This document shows positions 15,701 to 22,536 of a DNA stretch of 22,710 nucleotides, in pieces. The notes under the pieces were generated by a model. The model ran no database searches. It was not told where the DNA came from and worked only from the letters and a program-made list of their open reading frames with translations. Position 1 is the first letter of the stretch; each line of letters begins with the position of its first letter. Source of the stretch: a virus; IMG/VR virus record IMGVR_UViG_3300021500_000037; one strand, written 5' to 3'. The position numbers and the translations under genes were made by a program.

Positions 15701-16086
15701 AGATGTCCTGCGGCATATCTCACCGCCACTGATACGACCATTGACCAGTCATCCAGTCCGCTCTCAACCCCTTTTTTGACTGCGTGCATCTCCTCTGGGG
15801 TCAGTTCCCTGTTGAGTATATCTTTCGCTATGATTTGTGCGTCTTCTTCGGTGATGATGAACAGTGGTTCAGCCTTCCCATCCCAATCGCCCACCTGTGC
15901 TCGGTATACAGCCATGAAAGCGGCTTTTTCAGGGAGTCCATTGACCACATTCTTGATAAACTCTCTCTGCTCCGCCGTGAGCCTGTTCAGGATGTCAGCC
16001 GATTGCTTATAATCATCCCCTATCTTATCCATCGTCTTTACGTCCTCTGCATTGCGCAGTTCTCCGATGTTTAATTCCTGGTTCAT
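15697..16086 (-). CDS. Hypothetical protein, 129 aa
   Basis: ATG supplied by repeat copy 1 with SD GAGGTCG; N-terminus MNQELNIGELRNAEDV. Confidence 0.75.
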   Translation of the reverse strand: MNQELNIGELRNAEDVKTMDKIGDDYKQSADILNRLTAEQREFIKNVVNGLPEKAAFMAVYRAQVGDWDGKAEPLFIITEEDAQIIAKDILNRELTPEEMHAVKKGVESGLDDWSMVVSVAVRYAAGHL

Positions 16087-16163
16087 GTTTACGACCTCTT
16101 TATGGTTTCACCCCTGCGATACGGTTTTAGCCGCTCACAGGGTTTATGAAAAAATAAAGAAAT
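16084..16163 (-). repeat. 80-bp intergenic repeat, copy 1
   Basis: Identical to 20074-20153; one mismatch to 17655-17734. Confidence 0.97.
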
Positions 16164-16176
16164 TATGAGATTTTAA

Positions 16177-16557
16177 CTAAAACCACTTTAGTTTAGCAGC
16201 CTCCATAGCATGTTTCGCAACATGTAGGGTGATCTCACCATCTGGCGAACTTCCGTTCGTTGTATACTCTTTCCATATCTCTGCTGCGATTATGTGCCGC
16301 GTTGCAGTTGGAAGACTGTCGAACTGCATCCATCTCACCCCTTCACCACTGTAATGGCGAATACCTCCTATATCTTTGCCCCATAGGTAATCAGCCAGTT
16401 GCAGTTTTGTAAACACCGCCCCAACATGGTATCTCTCCGAGTTGCCGAGTTTCGCATACAAATAATTCACCAGTGCGGTTTTACTGCTGGCGGATATTCT
16501 GTGAAACGTTTCTTCACCGGTTTTTTTCGATACCAGTTGATATGCGAACATGGTCAT
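16177..16557 (-). CDS. Hypothetical protein, 126 aa
   Basis: SD-like AAGGAG; ends just before the T-tract of repeat copy 1. Confidence 0.7.
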   Translation of the reverse strand: MTMFAYQLVSKKTGEETFHRISASSKTALVNYLYAKLGNSERYHVGAVFTKLQLADYLWGKDIGGIRHYSGEGVRWMQFDSLPTATRHIIAAEIWKEYTTNGSSPDGEITLHVAKHAMEAAKLKWF

Positions 16558-16596
16558 ATCTCCTTCGCCTCGTTTTCTCTGGTGGGTTGTCCCGAT

Positions 16597-17106
16597 TCAT
16601 TCGGTCTCATCATCCTCCCCTGTCTCATCATAGAACCCATTGATAGCCTCGTCGACCGCCGCCGCAACCTTATCGATCGCTGGTGTGGTCATGTCGTCCA
16701 GATACTCCAGTGCACACCCCATAGAACAGAACGTGTTTACAACCCCTGTTTTTGTGCCTGTCCACATCCGGATCGCATCAGTGTAGATGATTCCGCCACA
16801 CCACACACATCGCGGCATTAGATCGACCTGTACCGCCGCCCATACCCGTAACCCATGTGCATCCATTGGATGGTATTCTGTCGCGTTACCCACTGCCATA
16901 GTGATGTTCACGTCCTTCCTGTCGCGTTGCCATAGGTTACGTATCAGTATCGCTGTCTCTACTGCAGCCTGTGGGTCAATCCAAAGATCGCCCTCGCCTT
17001 TATACTCTGGTTGTAGCATATCGCCGTTTATTACGTCCTTCTCATTAGTAATCTCAACGATATGGCTCGCATCCATCCGTGCCTGCCTTGTTATGTAGTA
17101 TCCCAT
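16597..17106 (-). CDS. Hypothetical protein with C-terminal TRASH/treble-clef-like Zn finger, 169 aa
   Basis: CVWCGG...FCSMGC; SD GAGGTAA. Confidence 0.7.
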   Translation of the reverse strand: MGYYITRQARMDASHIVEITNEKDVINGDMLQPEYKGEGDLWIDPQAAVETAILIRNLWQRDRKDVNITMAVGNATEYHPMDAHGLRVWAAVQVDLMPRCVWCGGIIYTDAIRMWTGTKTGVVNTFCSMGCALEYLDDMTTPAIDKVAAAVDEAINGFYDETGEDDETE

Positions 17107-17137
17107 AATATTACCTCATAAATAAATGGATAGAGTG

Positions 17138-17230
17138 TTAAACACCCATCCAAAGTTCTTTCGATATCTCTTTACCGTCTATGGTGATTCTCTGTGTGTC
17201 CGGGTTATCTAACTCATTCATCCGGTTCAT
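17138..17230 (-). CDS. Mini-gene, 30 aa, homologous to the C-terminus of 18926..19444
   Basis: MNRMNELDNPDTQRITIDGKEISKELWMGV versus ...GNTDTQKITIDGKEIPTELWRGV. Confidence 0.5.
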   Translation of the reverse strand: MNRMNELDNPDTQRITIDGKEISKELWMGV

Positions 17231-17234
17231 CTCA

Positions 17235-17657
17235 TCACTTCTCTCTGTACTCGATCAACGCCGCGTTGAAATCGTCGAGATACATATCCAGTAAGTCGAG
17301 TTCCTCCGCCCTGTCAAGTGCCGCCACACACTGGATGAAGATCATCCGATCTTTAGGGTTATCAAATTTATCCAGTGACCGGCTGTAGAAGTCCTTAACC
17401 GCCTCTACCCGCGGCTGTGGTGCAACCCAACTTGCCATCTCACCGCGTGCCTTGATACTTTCCATGAGATTTACAAACTCACGGTTAAAGTAATCAAGTG
17501 AACATCCGTTAACGACCATCTCAACGCGTGCGATATGGTTCACTATCACCCTGCGGGTGTATTGTAGTTCTTTCAGATACCCTTCTATCGTATCGAACGG
17601 TTTCTGCCTTACGTCCTCCGCCTTGAACAGTGCTTTAATGCTTAATTCCTGGTTCAT
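17235..17657 (-). CDS. Hypothetical helical protein, 140 aa
   Basis: ATG supplied by repeat copy 2; N-terminus MNQELSIKALFKAEDV. Confidence 0.75.
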   Translation of the reverse strand: MNQELSIKALFKAEDVRQKPFDTIEGYLKELQYTRRVIVNHIARVEMVVNGCSLDYFNREFVNLMESIKARGEMASWVAPQPRVEAVKDFYSRSLDKFDNPKDRMIFIQCVAALDRAEELDLLDMYLDDFNAALIEYREK

Positions 17658-17734
17658 GTTTACGACCTCTTTATGATTTCACCCCTGCGATACGGTTTTA
17701 GCCGCTCACAGGGTTTATGAAAAAATAAAGAAAT
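17655..17734 (-). repeat. 80-bp intergenic repeat, copy 2
   Basis: 79/80 identical to copies 1 and 3. Confidence 0.97.
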
Positions 17735-17919
17735 CAGAGAACGTCCTTGACTAACTCCCTGAATTTCTCTGTTGGTATACTGAAAGACCTTGATACCACT
17801 GTTTTATCATTTACTTCTGTCTCTATCTCGATAAAGACATAATCGCCCGCCTGGTTCTTAAACACGTTAATCGTGTTCATCACAACACCGGTTTCTCCTC
17901 TGCTGTATGTTCCTGTCAT
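17734..17919 (-). CDS. Small hypothetical protein, 61 aa
   Basis: SD GAGGTAA; stop abuts repeat copy 2; paralog of 20153..20236. Confidence 0.7.
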   Translation of the reverse strand: MTGTYSRGETGVVMNTINVFKNQAGDYVFIEIETEVNDKTVVSRSFSIPTEKFRELVKDVL

Positions 17920-17933
17920 TGTTTACCTCATTG

Positions 17934-17967
17934 AATAAAGAAATTATGAGAGGGTTCTCACCCTCTC
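17934..17967 (-). terminator. Hairpin plus T-rich tract
   Basis: - strand GAGAGGG-tgagaa-CCCTCTC then ATAATTTCTTTATT; the upstream stop codon is in the loop. Confidence 0.5.
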
Positions 17968-18896
17968 CGGTTGTGGGTAAACACCCACCCTGTACCTTCA
18001 TTGCGACCATCTGCTATCTGCCTGGCTATCTCATGGAGTTTCGTTACAATCTCACCCCATTGATCGGCTTCAAGTTCAACCGTCACCGCCCATTCTTTCT
18101 TTAAGGCTTTCTCCAGTTCGATTATACGCTTTTTTACGTCGTCGATGTATTTACCGACCATTGAAGGCAACTTTAGGCGTGCTTCACAGTCGTAATCATA
18201 GAACTGTTTTATATTTGGCATACTGTACCCGATCCCGCACCGTGCATCTATGTACACACTACCGAGTGGATACCCGCCCCATGTGCCGGCATTCTCTGCA
18301 AGGTTTACCCATTGCTTCAATACAAACAGTTCATCAGCCCCGCCGGTTTCGATTGGCTCAACGGTGTGTTCGCTTATGTATTCGCTCCATATCTCATCTA
18401 TGTTCCCGCGTCCCTCTGTAACCTCAAGTCCTAACTCTCCGTTGGGATCATTCCTTTTAACGCTGTCTTCTGCCTCATCTTCATCACTGAAGGTTTCGAC
18501 CTCATTACCGTCGGCATCGATCACGATCCAGGATGGTTCAAACATGTCACATAACGCCTCATATTGGCTTGTGACCTCCGCCCATACGTCGTTAGAACGG
18601 CTATACGCTGCACATATCCGTATCGCATCTTCTATGTCGCTGTTGTACCACAAACCATCATCGGTTTCCTTCTCATTGCAGTTTGCGATTATGTACGCGG
18701 CATCTTCAAGAGTGCACCCCTGATCTGTAACCTCTGTTGTGAAGTATTCCCGGATGTCTCCATATCCGCTTTCATCGAGATATAGATCATCAATGCATTC
18801 CTCACCGTCGATTATTGCCTTCTTTATATCTGGTTCGATCTCTGATATAAACTCGAACGCTGCCTTTTTAATGTCTTTAGCATATTCATATTCCAT
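17958..18896 (-). CDS. Highly acidic protein, about 312 aa, N-terminal region resembling the Ocr DNA mimic
   Basis: ATG 18896 after SD GAGGTTG; 32 D/E versus 9 K/R in the first 120 aa (hand count); ETDDGL...DAIRICAA resembles recalled T7 Ocr FEDSGL...DVIRILQA. Confidence 0.4.
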   Translation of the reverse strand: MEYEYAKDIKKAAFEFISEIEPDIKKAIIDGEECIDDLYLDESGYGDIREYFTTEVTDQGCTLEDAAYIIANCNEKETDDGLWYNSDIEDAIRICAAYSRSNDVWAEVTSQYEALCDMFEPSWIVIDADGNEVETFSDEDEAEDSVKRNDPNGELGLEVTEGRGNIDEIWSEYISEHTVEPIETGGADELFVLKQWVNLAENAGTWGGYPLGSVYIDARCGIGYSMPNIKQFYDYDCEARLKLPSMVGKYIDDVKKRIIELEKALKKEWAVTVELEADQWGEIVTKLHEIARQIADGRNEGTGWVFTHNRRG

Positions 18897-18911
18897 TTTT
18901 ACAACCTCTTT

Positions 18912-18934
18912 AAAGAAAAAAGGGGTTAAACCCC
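18912..18934 (-). terminator. Short hairpin plus T-tract
   Basis: - strand GGGG-tttaa-CCCC then TTTTTTCTTT; the upstream stop is in the loop. Confidence 0.45.
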
Positions 18935-19444
18935 CCTCCATAGTTCTGTTGGTATCTCTTTGCCGTCTATGGTGATTTTCTGTGTATCGGTGTTACCCGC
19001 CCATGAGTAAAACCACTTAACGACCTCTGGCAGTGTCTCCGGTGTGTAATCCAGTGACATACATCCGCGTGGATACCGGTCATGACACTGAAAGAAACCG
19101 CCCTTAAACCCCTTATCGTTGTAATGATCAAGGGTAAAATGCGCTCTCCAGTTCCAGATAGTGCCTTCACGTTCTCCAATGAATTCGCCTGATACAACCC
19201 GCATGAACGTTCTTACTTTTTCAAGTATCGCGCTCATACTGTTGTTTTCCTGTGCCCACCCGATATAAACGCTCGAACCCGCTCCAAACGCTTTAGAGAT
19301 ATCGTTTTTCACGATATCAACAATAACAGGATGTGTATCGATGAATTCAATAACTTTAATGTCGTGCTCATCCTGTGAATAGATATCGGGGTATTCGCTG
19401 CTCTGATATGTCTTTACTTCAACTGTGCGAGAAGTTGTTTCCAT
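18926..19444 (-). CDS. Hypothetical protein, about 172 aa
   Basis: ATG 19444 after GGAGGTCGTAAAC, the same leader as the 80-bp repeats; the ORF track extension to 19516 runs through a promoter. Confidence 0.75.
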   Translation of the reverse strand: METTSRTVEVKTYQSSEYPDIYSQDEHDIKVIEFIDTHPVIVDIVKNDISKAFGAGSSVYIGWAQENNSMSAILEKVRTFMRVVSGEFIGEREGTIWNWRAHFTLDHYNDKGFKGGFFQCHDRYPRGCMSLDYTPETLPEVVKWFYSWAGNTDTQKITIDGKEIPTELWRGV

Positions 19445-19462
19445 GTTTACGACCTCCATATA

Positions 19463-19512
19463 ATACTTATATGTATACGTATAAGTATCACCACCTACCT
19501 TATAAATGTTCC
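19463..19512 (-). promoter_or_regulatory. TATA promoter with palindromic operator
   Basis: TTTATAAG (19499-19506, - strand); 26-bp near-perfect palindrome ATACTTATA-tgtatacg-TATAAGTAT (19463-19488). Confidence 0.6.
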
Positions 19513-19538
19513 GCATGGTGATACCTATACATACCCAT

Positions 19539-19718
19539 TTATCTGTACATCATCCCGGTATCGCTGCCTGCACCATCATCAATAGCCAACAAGTATGTAC
19601 CATCGTCTGATAGTCTTATCTCTACATCCAGTGCGTCCCCGTCCGTCCACAGTGATTTAAAGAATATCACTGCGAACCTGATCTTATCGTATACTCTCAT
19701 CCGCATGTGTGACCTCAT
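19539..19718 (-). CDS. Small hypothetical protein, about 53-59 aa
   Basis: ATGA overlap at 19718 or SD-preceded ATG at 19700. Confidence 0.55.
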   Translation of the reverse strand: MRSHMRMRVYDKIRFAVIFFKSLWTDGDALDVEIRLSDDGTYLLAIDDGAGSDTGMMYR

Positions 19719-19897
19719 AGATGATCGAGTTTTCCGGACTCCAGGCATGATATGATTGTACGCACCTCGTTTATGCGTATATTCATTGCAATCTCTTGTT
19801 TGGTGTCATGCCTGCGCTGTGCGTCGTCTATGTTCTGCTCCTGTGCTCGAACCCTTCTTTCCAGGGCTTCTATGATCTTCTGATATCTCTGACTCAT
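19715..19897 (-). CDS. Small coiled-coil protein, 60 aa
   Basis: ATGA overlap with the upstream ORF; helical heptad pattern. Confidence 0.6.
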   Translation of the reverse strand: MSQRYQKIIEALERRVRAQEQNIDDAQRRHDTKQEIAMNIRINEVRTIISCLESGKLDHL

Positions 19898-20076
19898 GGT
19901 TCTCTCCAGATGATGCTCCCGCCCAATGCTTCAACTATTTCCGTTACTTCTGCTATCATCCGGGCTGCCTGTAAATCTACCCGGTGCCTGAACCCCTGCC
20001 TTCTCAACCGCTCTACCGCTTTGTTAAGTGCGGATTCTGGTATTTGGGTGTTTATCGATGTTCCTGGGTTTTCCAT
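19894..20076 (-). CDS. Small hypothetical protein, 60 aa
   Basis: ATG supplied by repeat copy 3. Confidence 0.65.
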   Translation of the reverse strand: MENPGTSINTQIPESALNKAVERLRRQGFRHRVDLQAARMIAEVTEIVEALGGSIIWREP

Positions 20077-20153
20077 GTTTACGACCTCTTTATGGTTTCA
20101 CCCCTGCGATACGGTTTTAGCCGCTCACAGGGTTTATGAAAAAATAAAGAAAT
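20074..20153 (-). repeat. 80-bp intergenic repeat, copy 3
   Basis: Identical to copy 1. Confidence 0.97.
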
Positions 20154-20236
20154 CAGAGAACGCCCTTAAATAGCCCCCTGATTTTTTCTGTTGGTATAAC
20201 GATACCGGTTTCGCCTCTGCTGTATGTTCCTGCCAT
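20153..20236 (-). CDS. Mini-gene, 27 aa, internally shortened paralog of 17734..17919
   Basis: MAGTYSRGETGIVIPTEKIRGLFKGVL; SD-like GAGGC; in-frame 102-nt length difference. Confidence 0.55.
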   Translation of the reverse strand: MAGTYSRGETGIVIPTEKIRGLFKGVL

Positions 20237-20244
20237 TGTTTGCC

Positions 20245-20457
20245 TCATTGGTCTACCGCATCCGTTTGATGTGGTTTATTCCAATTTTCCACTATTATTA
20301 CATGGTACGTCCGGTTGTTAACGGTTATCATTCTACCCATGTTCAGATGTGGATATATGCCCTGCAGATTGCTTATCGCAGCCGATAAAACTTTATCACG
20401 CCTCGCTCTCTGCTGATTTATCCACTCACATGTTTTATTCCAATGTTCTGATGTCAT
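20245..20457 (-). CDS. Hypothetical protein, about 70 aa
   Basis: ATG 20457 avoids overlap with the upstream gene; SD-like GGTG. Confidence 0.55.
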   Translation of the reverse strand: MTSEHWNKTCEWINQQRARRDKVLSAAISNLQGIYPHLNMGRMITVNNRTYHVIIVENWNKPHQTDAVDQ

Positions 20458-20480
20458 TGTTTGCCACACCGTCCAAAAGG

Positions 20481-21440
20481 TCACACGGATTCGGTGACCC
20501 CAAACGTAACCTCTTTTCTGCAGTCCATGCACATAACGCGGTTGTTATCCTGGTCATACCACCAGTCTATGGGTTTCGATGGTGCACAACCATCAAAATA
20601 CCAGTTATACCCGGCATCATCTGATAACCACTCACCGCAGCCACAGTATGCCATTATGTCCGTCTGTGCCATACTGAAGTAGTCCGGGTGATTCAAACTG
20701 AATATCTGTGGCACAGTGTAGCCACCTCTCACGTCACACCCGCCATGTATCTGAAGGATAATATAGGGCTCACCGTCCACTTCAAATATACCATACTGCA
20801 GCACCTGTGAGATTATGTTATCATAGTTGTACGTATTCACGATACCACCGCACGCGTATCCGTCTATATCGACCTCGTCACGCTCTAAAAACTCTTCCAT
20901 GTCCTGAAGGTACGACCTATTGCCTGATGTCTCAACGATATTCTTTAATATCGCATTTAACCGCTCGGATTCGTCTGTTATGTCCAGGAACAGGGTTAAG
21001 TATCGGTATACATCGTACGATATGGTAACCTCTCCATCTCTACCGTGACCATATACGGTAACATGGCACGCGTCCCGTTTATCCCATTCATCCATAGGGA
21101 TATGTCGGTTGCGCTCCCATGCTCTACCGTACGCACCGCCCGAATCCAGGATATCGCACCCGGTGTTTTCTGTTAACATCCTGATTATCCGTGCTTTTAC
21201 CGGATCAGTTTCTGTTATCTCTGGTTGTGGGTTCTTTCGTTCGCTCTGTGCGCATTCTGCATCAGATAGTACGCTTGCAATCCCTCTAACCAGTGCATCC
21301 GTGCAATCGGTTGTTTCGCCTGTGGTTGTTGGTTCTACTTCTGTATCCAATAATCCAGGCGAACCGTTCGATTTAAACCGCTCATCGACGTAAGCCATCG
21401 CCCGGCACCATTCGTTTATGTCCTGTTCTATGTCTACCAT
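20481..21440 (-). CDS. Acidic hypothetical protein with C-terminal Cys cluster, 319 aa
   Basis: SD GAGGTC; motifs ENTG..ILDSGG.YGR.W, YNYDN..SQ..QY, IHGGCDVRGGY; CGC...CMDC. Confidence 0.8.
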   Translation of the reverse strand: MVDIEQDINEWCRAMAYVDERFKSNGSPGLLDTEVEPTTTGETTDCTDALVRGIASVLSDAECAQSERKNPQPEITETDPVKARIIRMLTENTGCDILDSGGAYGRAWERNRHIPMDEWDKRDACHVTVYGHGRDGEVTISYDVYRYLTLFLDITDESERLNAILKNIVETSGNRSYLQDMEEFLERDEVDIDGYACGGIVNTYNYDNIISQVLQYGIFEVDGEPYIILQIHGGCDVRGGYTVPQIFSLNHPDYFSMAQTDIMAYCGCGEWLSDDAGYNWYFDGCAPSKPIDWWYDQDNNRVMCMDCRKEVTFGVTESV

Positions 21441-21514
21441 TTTTATGACCTCTTTACCCCCATAAGCCTGAACTTATGGAGTTTATAAAGAAAAAGAGGG
21501 CTGTTAACCCCTCT
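21438..21514 (-). repeat. Divergent copy of the T-tract/hairpin/SD intergenic element
   Basis: - strand: AGAGGG-N8-CCCTCT TTTTCTTTATAAA CTCCATAAG-ttcagg-CTTATGGGG GTAAAGAGGTC...ATG. Confidence 0.7.
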
Positions 21515-21631
21515 TTAATCACCATGCCTTAAAGGTATAATATCGATACCCAAATACATGAATATGCCTTTTGGTGTCATATACGGTATCGGGTAATCGT
21601 ATATCTCTGCAGGCGTCTCATTCATCATCAT
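21515..21631 (-). CDS. Possible 38-aa ORF
   Basis: Starts 2 nt after the upstream stop with SD-like GGTGA; fills the gap exactly. Confidence 0.35.
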   Translation of the reverse strand: MMMNETPAEIYDYPIPYMTPKGIFMYLGIDIIPLRHGD

Positions 21632-21633
21632 GG

Positions 21634-21804
21634 TCACCATTCAACAGTTACCTTGATCTGTTCTGGTACGTTGCCGGTGATAGCCTTCTTTTGTAGGTAT
21701 ATCGACCCCATAATAGGGCTGTCGTCCTCTGCACCATATCGCATGGTGTTTTTGGTCTCTTTATTGCGGATAAATACCGCCTCTCTCTTATCGTTCTTTA
21801 TCAT
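21634..21804 (-). CDS. Small beta-rich hypothetical protein, 56 aa (not in ORF track)
   Basis: MIKNDKREAVFIRNKETKNTMRYGAEDDSPIMGSIYLQKKAITGNVPEQIKVTVEW; SD GAGGTG; first gene after a promoter. Confidence 0.7.
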   Translation of the reverse strand: MIKNDKREAVFIRNKETKNTMRYGAEDDSPIMGSIYLQKKAITGNVPEQIKVTVEW

Positions 21805-21825
21805 GGTTTATTCCACCTCTTTATA

Positions 21826-21886
21826 TATACGTATGCAGTTACGTATAAGTATAAGTATCGGCTTTATCCGATATAAAGGTATCGTT
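21826..21886 (-). promoter_or_regulatory. TATA promoter with palindromic operator
   Basis: TTTATAT (21871-21877, - strand); inverted repeat TATACGTA-N6-TACGTATA (21826-21847); shares TACGTATAAGTAT with the 19463-19512 promoter. Confidence 0.55.
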
Positions 21887-21905
21887 AGCTAAAAAATTTC
21901 ACATA

Positions 21906-22067
21906 AAAAAATTTATAAAAACATTTAAGATATAAAGCAACAAAAACTCAAAAATCGGTACAAAAGTGTGTGTAGTAAGCCCATACTTAACCAACTAAGT
22001 TCGTGTATGATACCCTATTTTTTGTTTGTATTCGTGAGCGTTTTTAAAATTTTTTTATAAATTTTTT
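21906..22067. repeat. AT-rich region with 16-bp inverted repeat
   Basis: AAAAAATTTATAAAAA (21906-21921) / TTTTTATAAATTTTTT (22052-22067). Confidence 0.6.
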
Positions 22068-22080
22068 AAATAAAAACGGA

Positions 22081-22169
22081 GAAGGCTTGTTTTTCCAAAA
22101 GGAGGCTTTAGGGGGCTTCTTTTAGCAAAAGGAGGCTTTAGAAGGCTTCTTTTTGGAAATAAGGCTTTA
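22081..22169 (+). repeat. Three imperfect 29-30 bp direct repeats
   Basis: GAAGGCTTGTTTTTCCAAAAGGAGGCTTTA / GGGGGCTTCTTTTAGCAAAAGGAGGCTTTA / GAAGGCTTCTTTTTGGAAATAAGGCTTTA. Confidence 0.8.
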
Positions 22170-22210
22170 GAGCGCTTATTTCTGAGAATAGAGCACTATT
22201 ATACCCCCTT

Positions 22211-22383
22211 TTTTAGGTTACCTAAAATCGCCAATATTGCGAGTTAGGTTACCCATTTAGGTAACCTAAACAGCAAAAACGCTATCTATAGGCTGGTTAC
22301 CCACATCCATGCTGGTTACGCAGGTTACCCGCCGGGTAAACAAAATGTGCATATTTGACGGTGTGGGTTGAAACATGGTTACC
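22211..22383. repeat. Cluster of GGTNACC palindromic sites
   Basis: Exact sites at 22216, 22247, 22260, 22295, 22323, 22377, near-sites at 22314 and 22335; two sit in longer palindromes (22211-22227, 22256-22270). Confidence 0.85.
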
Positions 22384-22454
22384 CCAATATCTCCCGGAAC
22401 CCCACTGGAAACGTTAATATGATAGAAGGATATTGATATTTTTACCTGTGCCAT

Positions 22455-22527
22455 GCCTCGATAGCAGAGTTGGTAATGCGCCTGGCTGTTAACCAGGAGA
22501 CTACCGGTTCGAGTCCGGTTCGAGGCG
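22455..22527 (+). tRNA. tRNA-Asn(GTT), no encoded CCA
   Basis: Acceptor GCCTCGA/TCGAGGC, discriminator G, anticodon stem CCTGG/CCAGG with loop CTGTTAA, T-arm ACCGG-TTCGAGT-CCGGT. Confidence 0.95.
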
Positions 22528-22536
22528 TATCATTCG

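Noticed and set aside
16105-16150. Bulge-helix-bulge splice motif or kink-turn in the repeat hairpin
   Set aside because: No second 3-nt bulge across a 4-bp helix and no tandem G.A pairs.
12352-18975. + strand ORFs inside the - strand block (e.g. 12550..13002, 13336..13986, 14265..14765, 16399..16821, 18250..18723)
   Set aside because: Antisense shadows of motif-bearing or SD-preceded genes.
16084-20153. 80-bp repeats as CRISPR repeats, IS ends or canonical integron attC sites
   Set aside because: They are separated by kilobases of genes, there is no transposase or target duplication, and the RYYYAAC...GTTRRRY core pair is incomplete. Only an architectural resemblance is kept as a hypothesis.
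7867-20532. Longest-ORF start positions from the track (7867, 8270, 10103, 10912, 11010, 11318, 18941, 19516, 19748, 20532)
   Set aside because: They overlap upstream genes, terminators or promoters; downstream starts with clear SD sites were used instead.
22266-22454. 62-aa ORF on the - strand next to tRNA-Asn
   Set aside because: Runs through the GGTNACC repeat cluster and the tRNA upstream region; no SD or motif.
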